Shown piece after piece: positions 32,158 to 45,300 of a stretch of DNA of 64,000 nt. Each line of letters starts with the position of its first letter. The first letter of the stretch is position 1. Source of the DNA: Bugula neritina (Eukaryota > Animalia > Bryozoa). The stretch spans positions 2,636,741 to 2,700,740 of the forward strand of contig OZ037768.1 of the NCBI GenBank assembly GCA_964035545.1, given 5' to 3'. The translations under genes were made by a program, and so were the position numbers. Under the pieces are notes generated by a model. That model made no database searches. It was not told the DNA's origin and saw only the letters and a list, made by a program, of their open reading frames with translations.

Positions 32158-33066
32158 GCTGACTTAGTATTTAACTAGCAATGAAAATAGGATATTAATG
32201 TCATATGATCACTTATCTTGTATGTTAGTTTCGGCTTTGTTGGTGATTTTTGCATGATTATTGTTTTCTTGATTTTTGTTAGCAGTCAATCTTTTTCACA
32301 AGAATGGAGTTTTGGTAAAAACCAGTCAATCAGTTTCCTCACCATTGAGTCAATTAGGATACAGATACACACAATATACAACCAGCTATTGGGATTTCAA
32401 TTTATTTGATAGAAACTCGTAAAATCACTGAATTATAAATTATTACACGAGGTTACAGTTAATCCGTGTATTACACTCACGGAACAAGTGGTGGTTAAAA
32501 AAGTATATAATTCTGAAGACTGCTGGTGGAAAACAATGGTTTACAGAATACAAAAGAACAATGCACAATATTATACTCAATATAGTCGCCTTACAAAACT
32601 ACCTAGCTATTGTGGTGACCAAAGTCAACTTATCAAAAGTAAAAATTTCGTAGCTTTGGGCGGACAGGGAAGTTTTTTCAGTCACGCAGTTAGCCCATAA
32701 CTATCATTGCAGGTTGGCATTTGATTATTCAGTATACAGTATACAGTCTTTAAAGATTGCAAAAAAGTTTTGGATTCAACTAAAACTAAACGGTATCAAG
32801 CATAGTATTTATGCAAAAATTGATGGTTTCATTACAAAAAGAAAGAAATATGTGTGCATAGATTAGATGCAGAATTTGCACTGACTAATGATACAAAAAT
32901 AATTATTAGGAATCATCTGAGATCTACATTGCTTAATAACTGGTCCACTAATACTTCGGAAAAAATATATCATCATAATATTTAAAAACAATACTTGGAT
33001 AAAATGCATTTGGCATTAAAAACAAAGTTACATTGACCTATTTAAATATTTTGCGTCATTTTACAA

Positions 33067-33888
33067 TTAGGAAATGACGCATCCGTATCCACCAGATGAC
33101 GAAGGAGAGATCAGTTGCTGCAGACTATGCTTTGCCTGCTGGTAGGTTGTAATAAATGATTGGCGATTTTGAATTTTGTTGTAAGTTCTATCATGTACCA
33201 ATTTGTTCCTTTCTTTATTGAGCTGCCATAATGCATTGGTTATTCCTCTCGGCAACTTCTGACCGTTATAAGTTGCAGAATTGATTTTCTCACCTGGACA
33301 ACAAACAAAGTTAAATTATACAGGTAGGCATATAAAGCAATGTTGCCTCAGTTTCAGATTGCCACTATTTACATTAGAAACGATCTGTTAATTGTTCGCA
33401 GAAACTGATTACAAAGCATATTTACAGTTCATGTAGGAAATGTTTAACATATGGATTTATTTTGGTACCTTCATAGTTAGGCATCTAATACTGTGCAGTT
33501 ATGCTTGAAAATAAGTTACCAATAAAAGACAAACAAAACTAAAAGGTGCCTTGCTACTAATAATTGATAACAATATTTGCAAGTTCTATATAAGATCTTG
33601 CAAATATTCTAATGCAAATAACCCTAAAGCCTGTGGCACTGTTTAACAGTACAATAACCAACCACCAGAAAATCTGGATCTATATACTAGCAGATTCCTC
33701 ATCTCACGATTTGCTGCTCAGACTATAGAGTTAAATTGAATTAGCAGCAAGTTACCAAATCCGTTGCCAGTAGCTTGAAAGTGCTCAGTTAGAAAGTACT
33801 CTAGGTCCTTGGCTAGTCTGATGACTAGTTCAAAATCATTTGTGGAGTAGGATTCTGCATACCTAAGATCACTCGAACTGTTACCCAT
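33067..33888 (-). CDS. HEPN/DUF4145-like small protein B (119 aa), with N-myristoylation and CaaX signals and an intact RxxxxH motif
   Basis: Exons 33756-33888 and 33067-33293, with the same intron position and phase as paralogue A, give MGNSSS...NDFELVIRLAKDLEYFL...KERNKLVHD...GCVIS*. Confidence 0.82.
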
Positions 33889-34365
33889 TGTCTGTTTTGA
33901 TCACCTTGAAAAATTCGGATTAGCAATGCAATATTGATTTAACTGTAGTATGGTTAAAATATATTCCCTCCACCCTGCTCACAAGCAAAGCTCAGCCATT
34001 CCATTTGTCCTCCATATTTTCAAAAACTGCTACAGTTAATTGTGCCATGAATACAAACCTGCTGTTTCTTTAGCAACAATCAGACAATTTTATAACTTCA
34101 TTGACTGACTCGCACTATATAAAGCACACTATAAAATGTATGCATTATCTCAAAACCATACTAATATATATATAGAAATTATATAATATAACTTTTACAA
34201 CATGTATTACGATTATAATAGATAAAAAACAATAACAATATATGGGATAGCTTTAACTTTTCAAGTCAGTGAGTTAAGCAGGTTCAACTCAAAAATGAAT
34301 TTGAAGTGTCTGGGTCAATATGGACGCAGCACTGCTACTATTACGTCAATAATTTACTAGTTAGA

Positions 34366-34716
34366 TTTCAAGTAGCTATAAGTTTTACTATAACTGTATA
34401 AGTATGCCCAAAATTCTTTTTATCAAACTCAAAATATATGATAAATAAACCAAACAATATGATCTTCCAGTTACTATTATACATGGTGCCTGTTGGGAAA
34501 ACTGGGAAAGCTTTTCCCTAATGCATGATAGCTTTTCACATATCATCTCAGCTAGGCCAGCTATACAATTACAATTACAAGTAGCTACAAGTTTTACTAT
34601 AACTGTATAAGTATGCCCAGAATTCTTTGACATGGTGATATTTTTATCAAACTCAAAATATATGATAAATAAATCAAACAACATGATCTTGCAGTTACTA
34701 TTCTACATGGTGCCAG
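34366..34716. repeat. Local direct duplication (two imperfect copies, about 130 bp)
   Basis: CAAGTAGCTA...TACATGGTGCC occurs at about 34368-34490 and again at about 34578-34714. Confidence 0.8.
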
Positions 34717-35638
34717 TTGTGATAAGACTAAAAGTGTTTTTATCACACTTGAACCTAAAATGTTGAGCGAGATTCAGATAGTGACATAGTGTTACAGCTA
34801 GTGTAACTTGTAAGTGTTAAGTTTTTATCCCAAGTTTAAGTTATATCTGTTAGCAGTTATGACTTAGTCACTTACAAGTTACTGACCATCACTTAATAAG
34901 GATACTAACATTGTTGATGCTAAAATTAATAATTAGCTTAAAATATTTAAATTAGTTTCCACTTACGCCACACAATAGTAAGCTGGAACGATGGAGACTT
35001 GCTAGTTACTAGTTCACGGGAACATTTAAAACAAGACACAGAGAACCACTAACAGAAGTGTTAATGTTTCACTGACGACTCCGGAGAGCCCGCAGTGGAA
35101 AAGATTAATGAATTAGGCTATGTACGCGTGTATTTGTTTAGAAAACATGATCATGTGATATCGTATAAAAATTTACATAAGAAAAGATAACTCCGTATAA
35201 CAACAATTGTTTTTGTAGTATTGTTTTTTGCATCAAGCAAATGTTCAAGTTTCAAGTCATAACTACAATGAACGTAACTTGAACCGATTTTAAAGTGCCT
35301 GCATGTTAAACCAGCATAACATTAGGTAAGCTAAGAAAGGTTTTCAGATTTGTGTAACAACTCAATCTAATGGCATTTCAATAAACATGTATGCAAGAAA
35401 TTGCTGAAGTAAATATATTTCAAGTCTCCATCATAAATATACAACAGTTTTTGCATGTACCGGACAAAAGATAAAAACATTACAAACAAATCACAAAAAA
35501 GGCCTTGATGCAAATATATTTTGTCTAGATTTTATGAACAAGTTATTTCCCAAAATGCATCAGACGAAATTCCAGTAACTCCTGGACCTGAACCTTGTCA
35601 ACACATCTAGCCAATCAGCAGCTAATAGCCACATTTTC

Positions 35639-38600
35639 TCAGGTTTTATCCAAGGAGAAGGGGGTCAGCTTATGGCCCGCCTTCAGCAGTATATGGTCAA
35701 CAAGAAAGAAGCTACATCTTTCATTGTCCTTCACCCAATCATCCACCACATCCTGTAATATAGAATATTCCATTTGTTGTGGGAGAATTAATTATAAAAT
35801 TTCTCTTTAATGCTGAGTACTCACCTTGTCATGTAAATAAAAATATATTAGAAGTATTTCAATTTTATTAATATTCACTTGAATCTACAGTTACATTAAA
35901 ATTAATCTTGTTACATTAAAGATGATTTTGACTACTGCTGAAATCAACACAGCCATAATCAATATAATTGAAACATAAAATCATGCTGAAAAATCTTCAC
36001 AATCAATTTGTTAGTAAAACAATTATACCAAAAGAGTACGCTACGCTTACCATGAGTAGCAGCATAGTCTTAGAGTACTCCATAGTATATACATGTTATT
36101 AGCTACAGTATACACATGTTACAGCTACAGTATATACATGTTACAGCTACAGTATATACATGTTACTAGCTACAGAAATCACAGTTGCTGAAACTAGCTA
36201 CACCAAAACTGCACCGTCTACAGACTGATTGAATTACCTGCAAGCCATCGATGAATTCATCCGTAAAATCCCCTTTAGCATCGTACAGGCACCAGCATAA
36301 GCTTACATGAAAAGATGGTTCCTAGAAAGAAAAAAATATTAGAAAAAATGAGGCTCATCTATAATACAAAACCTTTTCCAGTGCAAAGTTTCTGACCCCA
36401 AATCATTTATCAATATAATTATATATCCTCATTATTACTTTATATCAACAATATTCAGAACAAACCACAGCGTTACCTACAACCAACAACAGTTTAATAT
36501 TCAACATAACATGATGGCTACAAACATCTGGTTTACTTGGACTATTCTTTAGAACTGAAGTTATCTACACTAATAGTTTAGGAAATAAATGTCTTGCTTT
36601 AAATGTTTATTCTGCATTTTTAAAATCAGCATCGCCGGTAAAGGTTTAAATCTAACATGCACTTAGAATGACATCAATCAACCTAAACTACAAAAACGAA
36701 CAGGGCTAGATCCAAGTCAAAGTGACTCGAATAAACATTTTAAAGAGAAAAGAGTATCAGTTGTACGAAATAATATTTATTTGAGAACAGTTGTGCCAGC
36801 AGCTTGCCTGTACAGTGTAGACTGTAGAGTAACCAATGCAAAGTATTTCTAATACAGATGATGAAAATCATTATTACAAGTATATTAAAACATTAATTCA
36901 CTTCAGAACTCCAGAATTTCACTGATAACTGATTAGACCTTATCTCAATATCTGAGAGTTATAAAATTAAAAATTGTGAAGTAAAGCATGGAAACTCACA
37001 TCGTAGAATGGTGGGAGGTTATACATAGCCAGCACTTTATTAAGACTATTCACTATTTTTAGTAGCTGTTCGTCTCCACACACTACTTTGACGCCGACAA
37101 ATGTCCTGGTACGTTCATCATTCACATAGACATCCACATCTCTTAGGCTCACATAGAAACTGTAGGAAAATACACAGAGCTATAGAGAGCACAACTCTAA
37201 ATTTATGGTGCACAGTTAGTTAAAATGAGAAGACAACTACTAAACCAAAATTATGTTAGTTATAACAGCTTGGGAATAGAGAGCCTTCGTAGGAAGAGTC
37301 TACAGAGTATGTGATAGATAAGTTAACAATATACAATCATTCTATGAAAGTGTGTTTGAAATCTGTAAATGACTGAAAACAGGGAGACTGGCTAACATAT
37401 GAGTTATAGAGCTAGAAAATGAAGAGCTGGTAGATATGCAGTGCATGTGTCTGAAAGAAAACCCCTCCAGGTCTGATAACAATGCCCAGAGAAACCCACA
37501 CACACATCAGACATGAGTGAATGGTTTAAATATAACACAACATCAGACGCAAGTAGGTGACATGAATAGAACACACAGCACGTGTACTGCAATTAAAATC
37601 TGACCTCCTAAACAAGGCGGCCATGTTTTCTAATGACTGACTGAGGTCACTTAGCCAATGATGCCTCAGTTTGAGCGTGCGGGTGAGACTAATGTGGGGG
37701 TTGTCAATCTTATGGAAAGGATGTCTGTGTGTAGATCTTGCATTGAGTTGCTCTAACAACGAGTCTGACAGTTCATTCAGATCTTCAGCGTACGGAACTA
37801 AAACAACGAATAAACTGTGAACGCTTGACAAGAGTTTCGTTGATACAGTTATATGCACGGAGAGACAAATATTTGAATATTGTATAAATAGCTTGTGGCT
37901 TCAGCAACATTTCAACATTGTACATGGTTACAAAAATGATATCTACAAAAAGTTAAAATGATATGTTATTATAATTTACACTGTAAATATATTGTTAACT
38001 AAAATCAAATAATAAGCTATGACATCACCATTTATTTTTTATATTACTGAAAAATATGTGCTCAGTATTTGGCTGCACTTTTTAACTGGCAGATACTTAA
38101 TGTCTTAAATTATGTTAGTTTAATTAGCCTATGGGATTTTAATAAGCACCATAGTTGAGGTATAAATATTTCATTCCAAACTGAATAGAAAGGTAAATGA
38201 GCTGAACCTGTTACGGATATATAAGAAGCCCAATTCCCTCTCTCATGTTCAAAAGATCTGATCCTGCCTTCATGCTGTTCTATATCATCAGTACTTTCAC
38301 ATTTACTTTGTTTTGAGGCAGAGACGGGAGGAGGCAGATTTACAACAGCACTAAACGTGACAAGTAAGAACAGTTTAGTAGTATAGTTACAATCCTGCAC
38401 TGCATAGACTTTATCTAGTACTAGACAAAAGAGTACTATAAATGTATAAACAACATTATTTAGTATAAGGAAGAGAGAAATTTTAGAGATATTATTCATA
38501 AACCATGCAATTAATCAAGTGCAAATAACAAATTCTTAATAATGTAGTAAACAAGACTTAGAAAAAGCAAAGCTATCAAGCAAAACACATGCAGAGTATA

Positions 38601-38690
38601 ACTATACCTACTATCAGGTGACTTTGTGCACTCTGAATTAACTTCTTCTTCATCTGATCCACTGTCGGGGTAACTTACCAATCCATTCAT
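35639..38690 (-). CDS. USB1: U6 snRNA phosphodiesterase USB1 (6 coding exons)
   Basis: MNGLVSYPDS start, HEGRIRSFEHERGNWASY, two 2H motifs (PHISL and FHVSL), YVNDERTRTFVG and a KAGHK...* end. Confidence 0.93.
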
Positions 38691-41436
38691 GTCTGATATG
38701 ACTGATCGAGTTTTACAAACTTCTCATTAGGTAATTCCCAACCTGTAATAACAACTAACAATGACATTGGTAAAAATTTTTATGACTCAAACGTTAAAAT
38801 ATTTAAGCTAAAATTTAATGCATAGTGAAATGTAGACTAAATTTTTTGTTTATAGACTTATTGGTTTAGCTGAATTGAATACTAACTACAAACATGTTGG
38901 TAAAAATATATTATTATGAGTTTCAGTAAAAAATGATATTACTGACTGTAACTTTAATAAGTCTAACATTAACTGTACGTCTTGATTAAAACTAGTGGTC
39001 ATTGCTGAAAGTACTATAGTGGTAGTCATATTCATACTGATTATCTCATTTCTATTTACTTTTAGTTCTCCATTGAGTGTCACTGTAAGTGTAACAGTGA
39101 TTTTTGACAATTATAACGATAATATTAAGTATATTCACTGCCATTTAATTTATCGCTATCAGTTTCAATATCAGAATCATAATGATAATGATAAGGCGAA
39201 AGACTAACGTAACACTTACACTAACACTAACAGCAACTGTAAGTCACTAAGTGTTATGACTCACGAGTTAAAGTATCTGCATCATGCTCATACTCATAGT
39301 CATACTGGTATCCTTACAATTACAGGTATGACAATGACTGGCGAGTATCAGTATAAGTATGGTTATGAGTATAAGCATGGCTATGAGTATCAGTATCAGT
39401 ATGACCTTGGGCATCACAATCAGTATCAGAATAAATCTGTTTCAATCACAATCAGTATCACAAAGTCAAAGTGACAATGGCAATGCAGCACGAGTATACA
39501 CTATTACTGTACAAAATAAGAATGCTTATACTTATAGCTATACTAATACTTATGTTATAAATACAATTATAATTTATAATTCGCAATGACAATAATATTC
39601 TTAGACATAGTACTAGTAGCATGATCTTAATTTAACATTCACATTGTCATTGTCATTGAGCTTGACAAAATCTTTCTATTCGAAATTATTCGACGTAATG
39701 CCTGTACATTAGAGTTATCTTACCTAAAGAAGCTGCAGATTGGTGAAAGGTCCCAAGTTTTTGTTCTCATGCTGAGTGGATAACTCGAATTTTCTATGCT
39801 AATCTTGAAATTGGATGTTATGTGCATCAAAAAACTTGTTTCTGTTGTGGAAATTTTATAAGCATGCCTAAATAGAAGGTGCATGGGTAAAAAGTGACAT
39901 ATATATGTAAATATAATATTAAGAATTACTTTTTGGTTATAATTATCACATAAATATAATTAAAACAATTTTAAAAAGTAAATGTAAATCAAAGAAACAG
40001 CTGTTATTTCGTTGAATTAGTAAATAATATAGTATTTAATTACTGAATATTGATAAAATTGATATAAATAATGGTGCGTGATACAAAATATTATAACATC
40101 ATGCTAAAATATAATACAATTATATAATATGTTATATTGCGTTTATATCATGGATGCTAAAAATGCTATATCAGTAATATATGACATATTATATAATATA
40201 TTGACATAAACAGTGTTACTATCAAAAAGGAATATATCATTTAGCGGAATTTGTTGTATTATATTTTGCTGTAAATAGCTATATATAATAAATTTAAGTT
40301 AAATCTAAAAGGTGATATGAAAGCTCAGTGTATAATGTTATGACTCATTATGGATATTAAATTAGGCTTTTATGTGAATTTGAATTATGTATAGATAAAA
40401 TTAGCTAACTATATTTTTGCAATAAAATATTTGCCATAATATTTTAACATGTTAAATCACTGATGAAAGTAGGAAATATAGTGCTAGAATATATATAGTG
40501 CTCTGGTATTTCTTGAACTGATACTTGCAATAAATTAATTACAACATCAGTTATATAAACATAAATTGGAAACAATTCAATTCAGCATAAGCAATGACTA
40601 CACTTTCTTTTATTTCTATATCTCACTGGATTTGATATGCAGAGTGTTTGTATGCATCACTATCTGTAATGATATTGTGATGAAAGAATAGAAACATTTA
40701 ACTGAAACTCTGGTAACTCTCCAGAGAGTAAACTTTTGTTTTATATACAATAGTACACATGACATATTACATCATAGTATGAAGTATTAACAGGTAGCAT
40801 ATATGATAAATAAGGTAAAGATTTATTAGATGCCAATTGACTGTTAATGCTATAAATATGAAAACTTATTTACTACAATGTTGTCTCCAAGTTTTTATTT
40901 GTTTTAATTGGAAAATTTATATTTAGAAATTTATCTGGTTATGACATTGTTTAAACAAATTTATTTGTTGAGTGCAGGCCAAGCTTGACTGACTGGAATA
41001 TTAAAAGTCTTTGCGGTGGCATATAAGAGCAAAGAATTTCTGATTGACATATTATATTGAGAGAGTGTTTGCTTTGTACAATAGGCTTAAACAAAAAGAG
41101 TGAATACAATCAATGCTGTAAGGTGATTACATAAATCCACTGAAAACGATTTGATCAGTGTTTTGTTCTAGTTATATAATACTCATTATTACAGCATATC
41201 ACATTAAAACAACTCATGTTGCTACAGCCAAGAATGCAAACACTAGTTAAGCCATAAAACAGGTCCAACTTCAAAATACAAACAAGCATCAATAATTTAA
41301 TTTGCAGCTTCTTGTAGCTTAAGTACCCAGATTAGGCAACTTTTTATTATGAATGTATACTTCAAAAACACAGGTTAAATTTTTATGACTAGGTCAGTTT
41401 TAAACCAGCAGAGAAAGGATCGACTTAAAATGTACA

Positions 41437-42363
41437 TCAGTCTCCCTCGTAGACTATGTGTATTGCAGTATCACGTTTTTCATTAGTGTCCAAATCAGTA
41501 GTTTCTGGTGGCTGCTCTATTTGGCTTTCTTCCAGCCCTATTAGCCATTCAACTATTCGTTTGTCTTTCTCGTCGTCTGTATCATACCCGGCATCGGAGT
41601 TCCCATTCAACGGCGCCATTGATGAAGACAAGCTGCTACTCTGAGAGCAGTGCCGCAGTTTACTGAGGTTCTCTTGGCTCAGGCGGCTTGCTGGCATCTG
41701 ATTGGGGCTTTTTGTGTCTGGAGGAGTTGGAAGAAGAGGAGGGTTGTTATTAGTATCAGGAGAAATGAGAGTCACCATTTGTGTGCTCCGAATACTTATG
41801 TGTCTGTCTGTTATGGGTGGAGGAGTTGTTACTGTGCTGTTAGGTATCAGTTTGGTTTCATTTTTAATGATACCATTCTGTGAAATTGCTAATTGAGCTA
41901 GACCTGACTGTAAGCTACCAGGCGCCCCTATCTCATACAAAGTTTCTAATCTGCCATTCATATTCTGACTGCTGTTAAGGTCTCCAGTCCACGTCCTGGA
42001 TCTGTTCAACCCTCCAGCTGCCGGAGACAGCCGTGTTGATCTGTTACTCCCGTCGTGACTGGAAGTTGTTGAAGTTGGACTGAGAGGAGATTTACGATTT
42101 GATCGCTTTGGAGGAGGATCTAAATTGAGCTCTAATGAAACGTCATATTGTCTGCGTTGCGTTGGCGAGTTGTAGCTCGGAGAGTGAGGTTTAGCACCAA
42201 TAGGAGGAAGTTCTGGAGCACTCAGCTTTCTCTCCTGATTCCACTCTCCTCTAGCATTAGCTCCTGGCAAAAGAATAGCCTTTTCTCTTGTAGTATCTGT
42301 GCCACCTGCTATTGTATTCTTTCCAATAGAGATTAGGTTACCATTTTTTACTGGCATTCCCAT
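41437..42363 (-). CDS. Uncharacterised 308-aa S/P-rich protein (single coding exon)
   Basis: Long ORF in very AT-rich surroundings with a splice acceptor just upstream of the ATG. It is mostly disordered, with a compact C-terminus (DKRIVEWLIGLE...DTAIHIVYEGD). Confidence 0.8.
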   Translation of the reverse strand: MGMPVKNGNLISIGKNTIAGGTDTTREKAILLPGANARGEWNQERKLSAPELPPIGAKPHSPSYNSPTQRRQYDVSLELNLDPPPKRSNRKSPLSPTSTTSSHDGSNRSTRLSPAAGGLNRSRTWTGDLNSSQNMNGRLETLYEIGAPGSLQSGLAQLAISQNGIIKNETKLIPNSTVTTPPPITDRHISIRSTQMVTLISPDTNNNPPLLPTPPDTKSPNQMPASRLSQENLSKLRHCSQSSSLSSSMAPLNGNSDAGYDTDDEKDKRIVEWLIGLEESQIEQPPETTDLDTNEKRDTAIHIVYEGD

Positions 42364-45300
42364 TTACAGTGAAGTCATGGGCTAGTGGCAATAAAAGTTT
42401 CTCTACAATGCATAACAAATAAGTTTAAAAGACAGCATAATAAATTAGACTAAAACAATGTATAGAAAAACCGATTACCACAATCTCAGCCTGCATATTA
42501 TTGTATAGGTATTTTAGGCTACAATGTTCTTAATCTGAAAATTCAAGGCCTATTTTTATCACTTTGAAAATCAATATATATAACAGTTTAATTTTCAAAC
42601 TGTTGTTTGAAAGAACAAACACAATTAAAGTTAATATTTGTGTAGTTATGCTAAACATTGTACTCAAGACATACAGGCATGGAGATAGTCTTGGTATGTC
42701 ATCCAAGAGCAATAATATGTATATAAAATATGATAGGGAGGCTTTATAACTCTATATAAGCTTTATAAATTAAGAGATCTGTTGAAAGTGAACGTCCTAA
42801 ACACTAGTGTCAATTCACTTCTTATTAGCCTGTAATATGCAGAAGATTTGCATACTTGGAGGGGGGTATATGTAGTGATTTGGATTAAATAAAATGCAAT
42901 CAATTTTTTTCTTCAACCAACACATGTGCCAATGGTTTGCTATGTTATATTCATTTGTTCAAGTATACGATTGCATGCATGTGTTTGTAGGTAGAAGCAA
43001 GACTTTTAATTTGGTTTGTTAATAAATAGTCTAAAAGGAATCACTTGCTTCACAAGATTCTTTTCACCTCCTCTGAGACTATGCATGTATTTGAATCATT
43101 AAAACTTTATTTACACAAAACAAGTTGCTAATTGATGAAATGTATTTCCTGACACGCAGCCTGTTGTATAGTTAGTTGGCTAATAGATCAATACTACTTC
43201 CAATTTATTGATCACCAACAAGTTTACATGACTTTGAGATTTATAACTTGTAATACTATTGTACAAGAAATATAGCAAGTGGAACTACGCTATTTTAGGC
43301 TATATAAAACAAGTGGGCGAATGACTGTACTTGTTTAAAACCAGCTTTGTTTTGTAATGAGAATCTATAACGTTATAAGAATTGAAAGAGTGGACACATT
43401 TTGTTATAAATTAAAACATTACAATATATCATAAGAGTATAAGTCAATCCTAATTTTGCTATAAATTATGAGACACAAATTAACAGAAAGACATAACATG
43501 GCTATACAGTAGAATATAAAAACTCACTAATCAACTGCCAAAACTTACAGCTGGCGTTGCATTACACCATATCACAACAGGCTGGCCCTAATAATCAGCT
43601 ATTGTTAAATAATATCAATCACAATAATTTTTTCAAATTCTAGAAAAAGGAATTTTCAAAAAATATAGATTTAAAAATTCAACCTACCTCCATATAGAAA
43701 TACTACTAAAAAAGCTTTCCAACTACAAAGTTTGAATTAGATGACTACAGGCAAAACTGACAACAGTTACCTTAAAACGACAGCGGCCATCACACTATAA
43801 CCTCGAACAGATATGTTGGCACTAATGAACAATGTCGCACCCACACTTATAATAACCACTCGCAGTCGTATTCAATACAATAATATATTGAAACCTATTG
43901 ATTAACTATGTAATCAATACCTTTACTGAACCTTTTCAAATTGAAAAAATGACCTGCAGTTGGTGAATACATTATTCTAAAGTAAACTGCCTGTGCTCTG
44001 ACGTAGGTTCAATGTTATATATTATCAGTACCAACAACGATACATTATTAAACATTCAATATTGCAATGTATTTGACTTCGTGTAAGGTCACAATGTACA
44101 GTATTTTATCTCTACCTGGTATCCGTATCAAGTGACATCTATTATTTACATTAAAAGTCAGTAATTTTATCTAGAATGGCATGCTGATTAAAATGCAATA
44201 GCTCTATTATGGCATTGCCGAGTCATTATTAAAAGTTAAAATAGAGTGTCGTATGACATGGTCTAAAATATTTCGATAACTCATTATGTGATAGAAATAT
44301 GCTCAACAAAAATAAAACTAAAACTTAGTACTTTATTTAAAAAAAAAGCTGCAGGCATGTCTTCATAACCTTATCATTACAATAGCATATATGAATTCAA
44401 AACTTAAGGACCAACCTATTTTAGTGCATTAAAGTGGAAATTGATGCTTCAAATAAATTGATTATAAGAAGCAAAATATTGTTTGCCTGTTCATATTTAG
44501 AAGCAAATCAGATTCACTTACAAAAGGAGAAGTATAGTCAGCTAAAAAATATTTTGCGTTATATTACTAAGTATTTACAATAATATGTTGAAGCTTAGAC
44601 TAATAAATACCCCTGTACACCTTCATACTCCATACAAACACTGGTGTATTTTCTTTCTCATTATCAAGTGATAAAATTTATGAAAAGGCTAATTAAAATA
44701 TGATAAAATAAAGAAGGAACTTTTATGCAAGTGAACATGGCCAATGTAGTGTCTATATTTGCATTTTTTAAACAAATTAACCCTATCTGTAAGAAACATA
44801 ATGATTCAGTGAGTTGCTTAGCAACCAGACTGCCTCATGATGCCTGTTATTAAGAGTAGTGTATATTTACACTGTGCAAGTACATACAAAACAGGGCCTT
44901 CAAGGAACTATAAAGTATAATTTATTTCTATTAGTATCCACAAGGAACCATTGGCACTGTTGACAAAAGAGATAAGTTTAATAATAAATATAAGAATAAA
45001 AACCAAAAATAGAACAGTTTTACACATTTCAGTACACTTTACGATAGATTGGTAAAAGACAGGCTGTGTGCTACAACTTAATAAATGTTTTTTAAGTATA
45101 AATATCAACTATTTATTATTCCAATCTAATATTTGATTGAAAAATAATATATATTATTAAAAAAATTTCACATACAATTTTGCTCACATAAAGTCTTGTA
45201 ACTTAGGAAGGTCATAGGTGACTGGCTGCTATAATATCCAGAGTTTTATTAGAAACAAAGATGTCAAGAAAGCACCCAGGTTTTGTTGGTGAAATGTATA

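Noticed and set aside
35066-35105. CTGACGA...GAAA hammerhead-like core
   Set aside because: I could not build the three required stems and cleavage triplet around the core.
33067-38690. Functional link between the HEPN-like pair and neighbouring USB1 (both involve 2',3'-cyclic phosphate chemistry)
   Set aside because: Adjacency alone is weak evidence in an animal genome, and USB1 is a nuclear housekeeping enzyme. Conserved synteny would be needed.
38886-39589. Several short hydrophobic or repetitive ORFs
   Set aside because: They derive from degenerate hexamer low-complexity intronic DNA, similar to tracts near 26330-26880 and 61625-62270.
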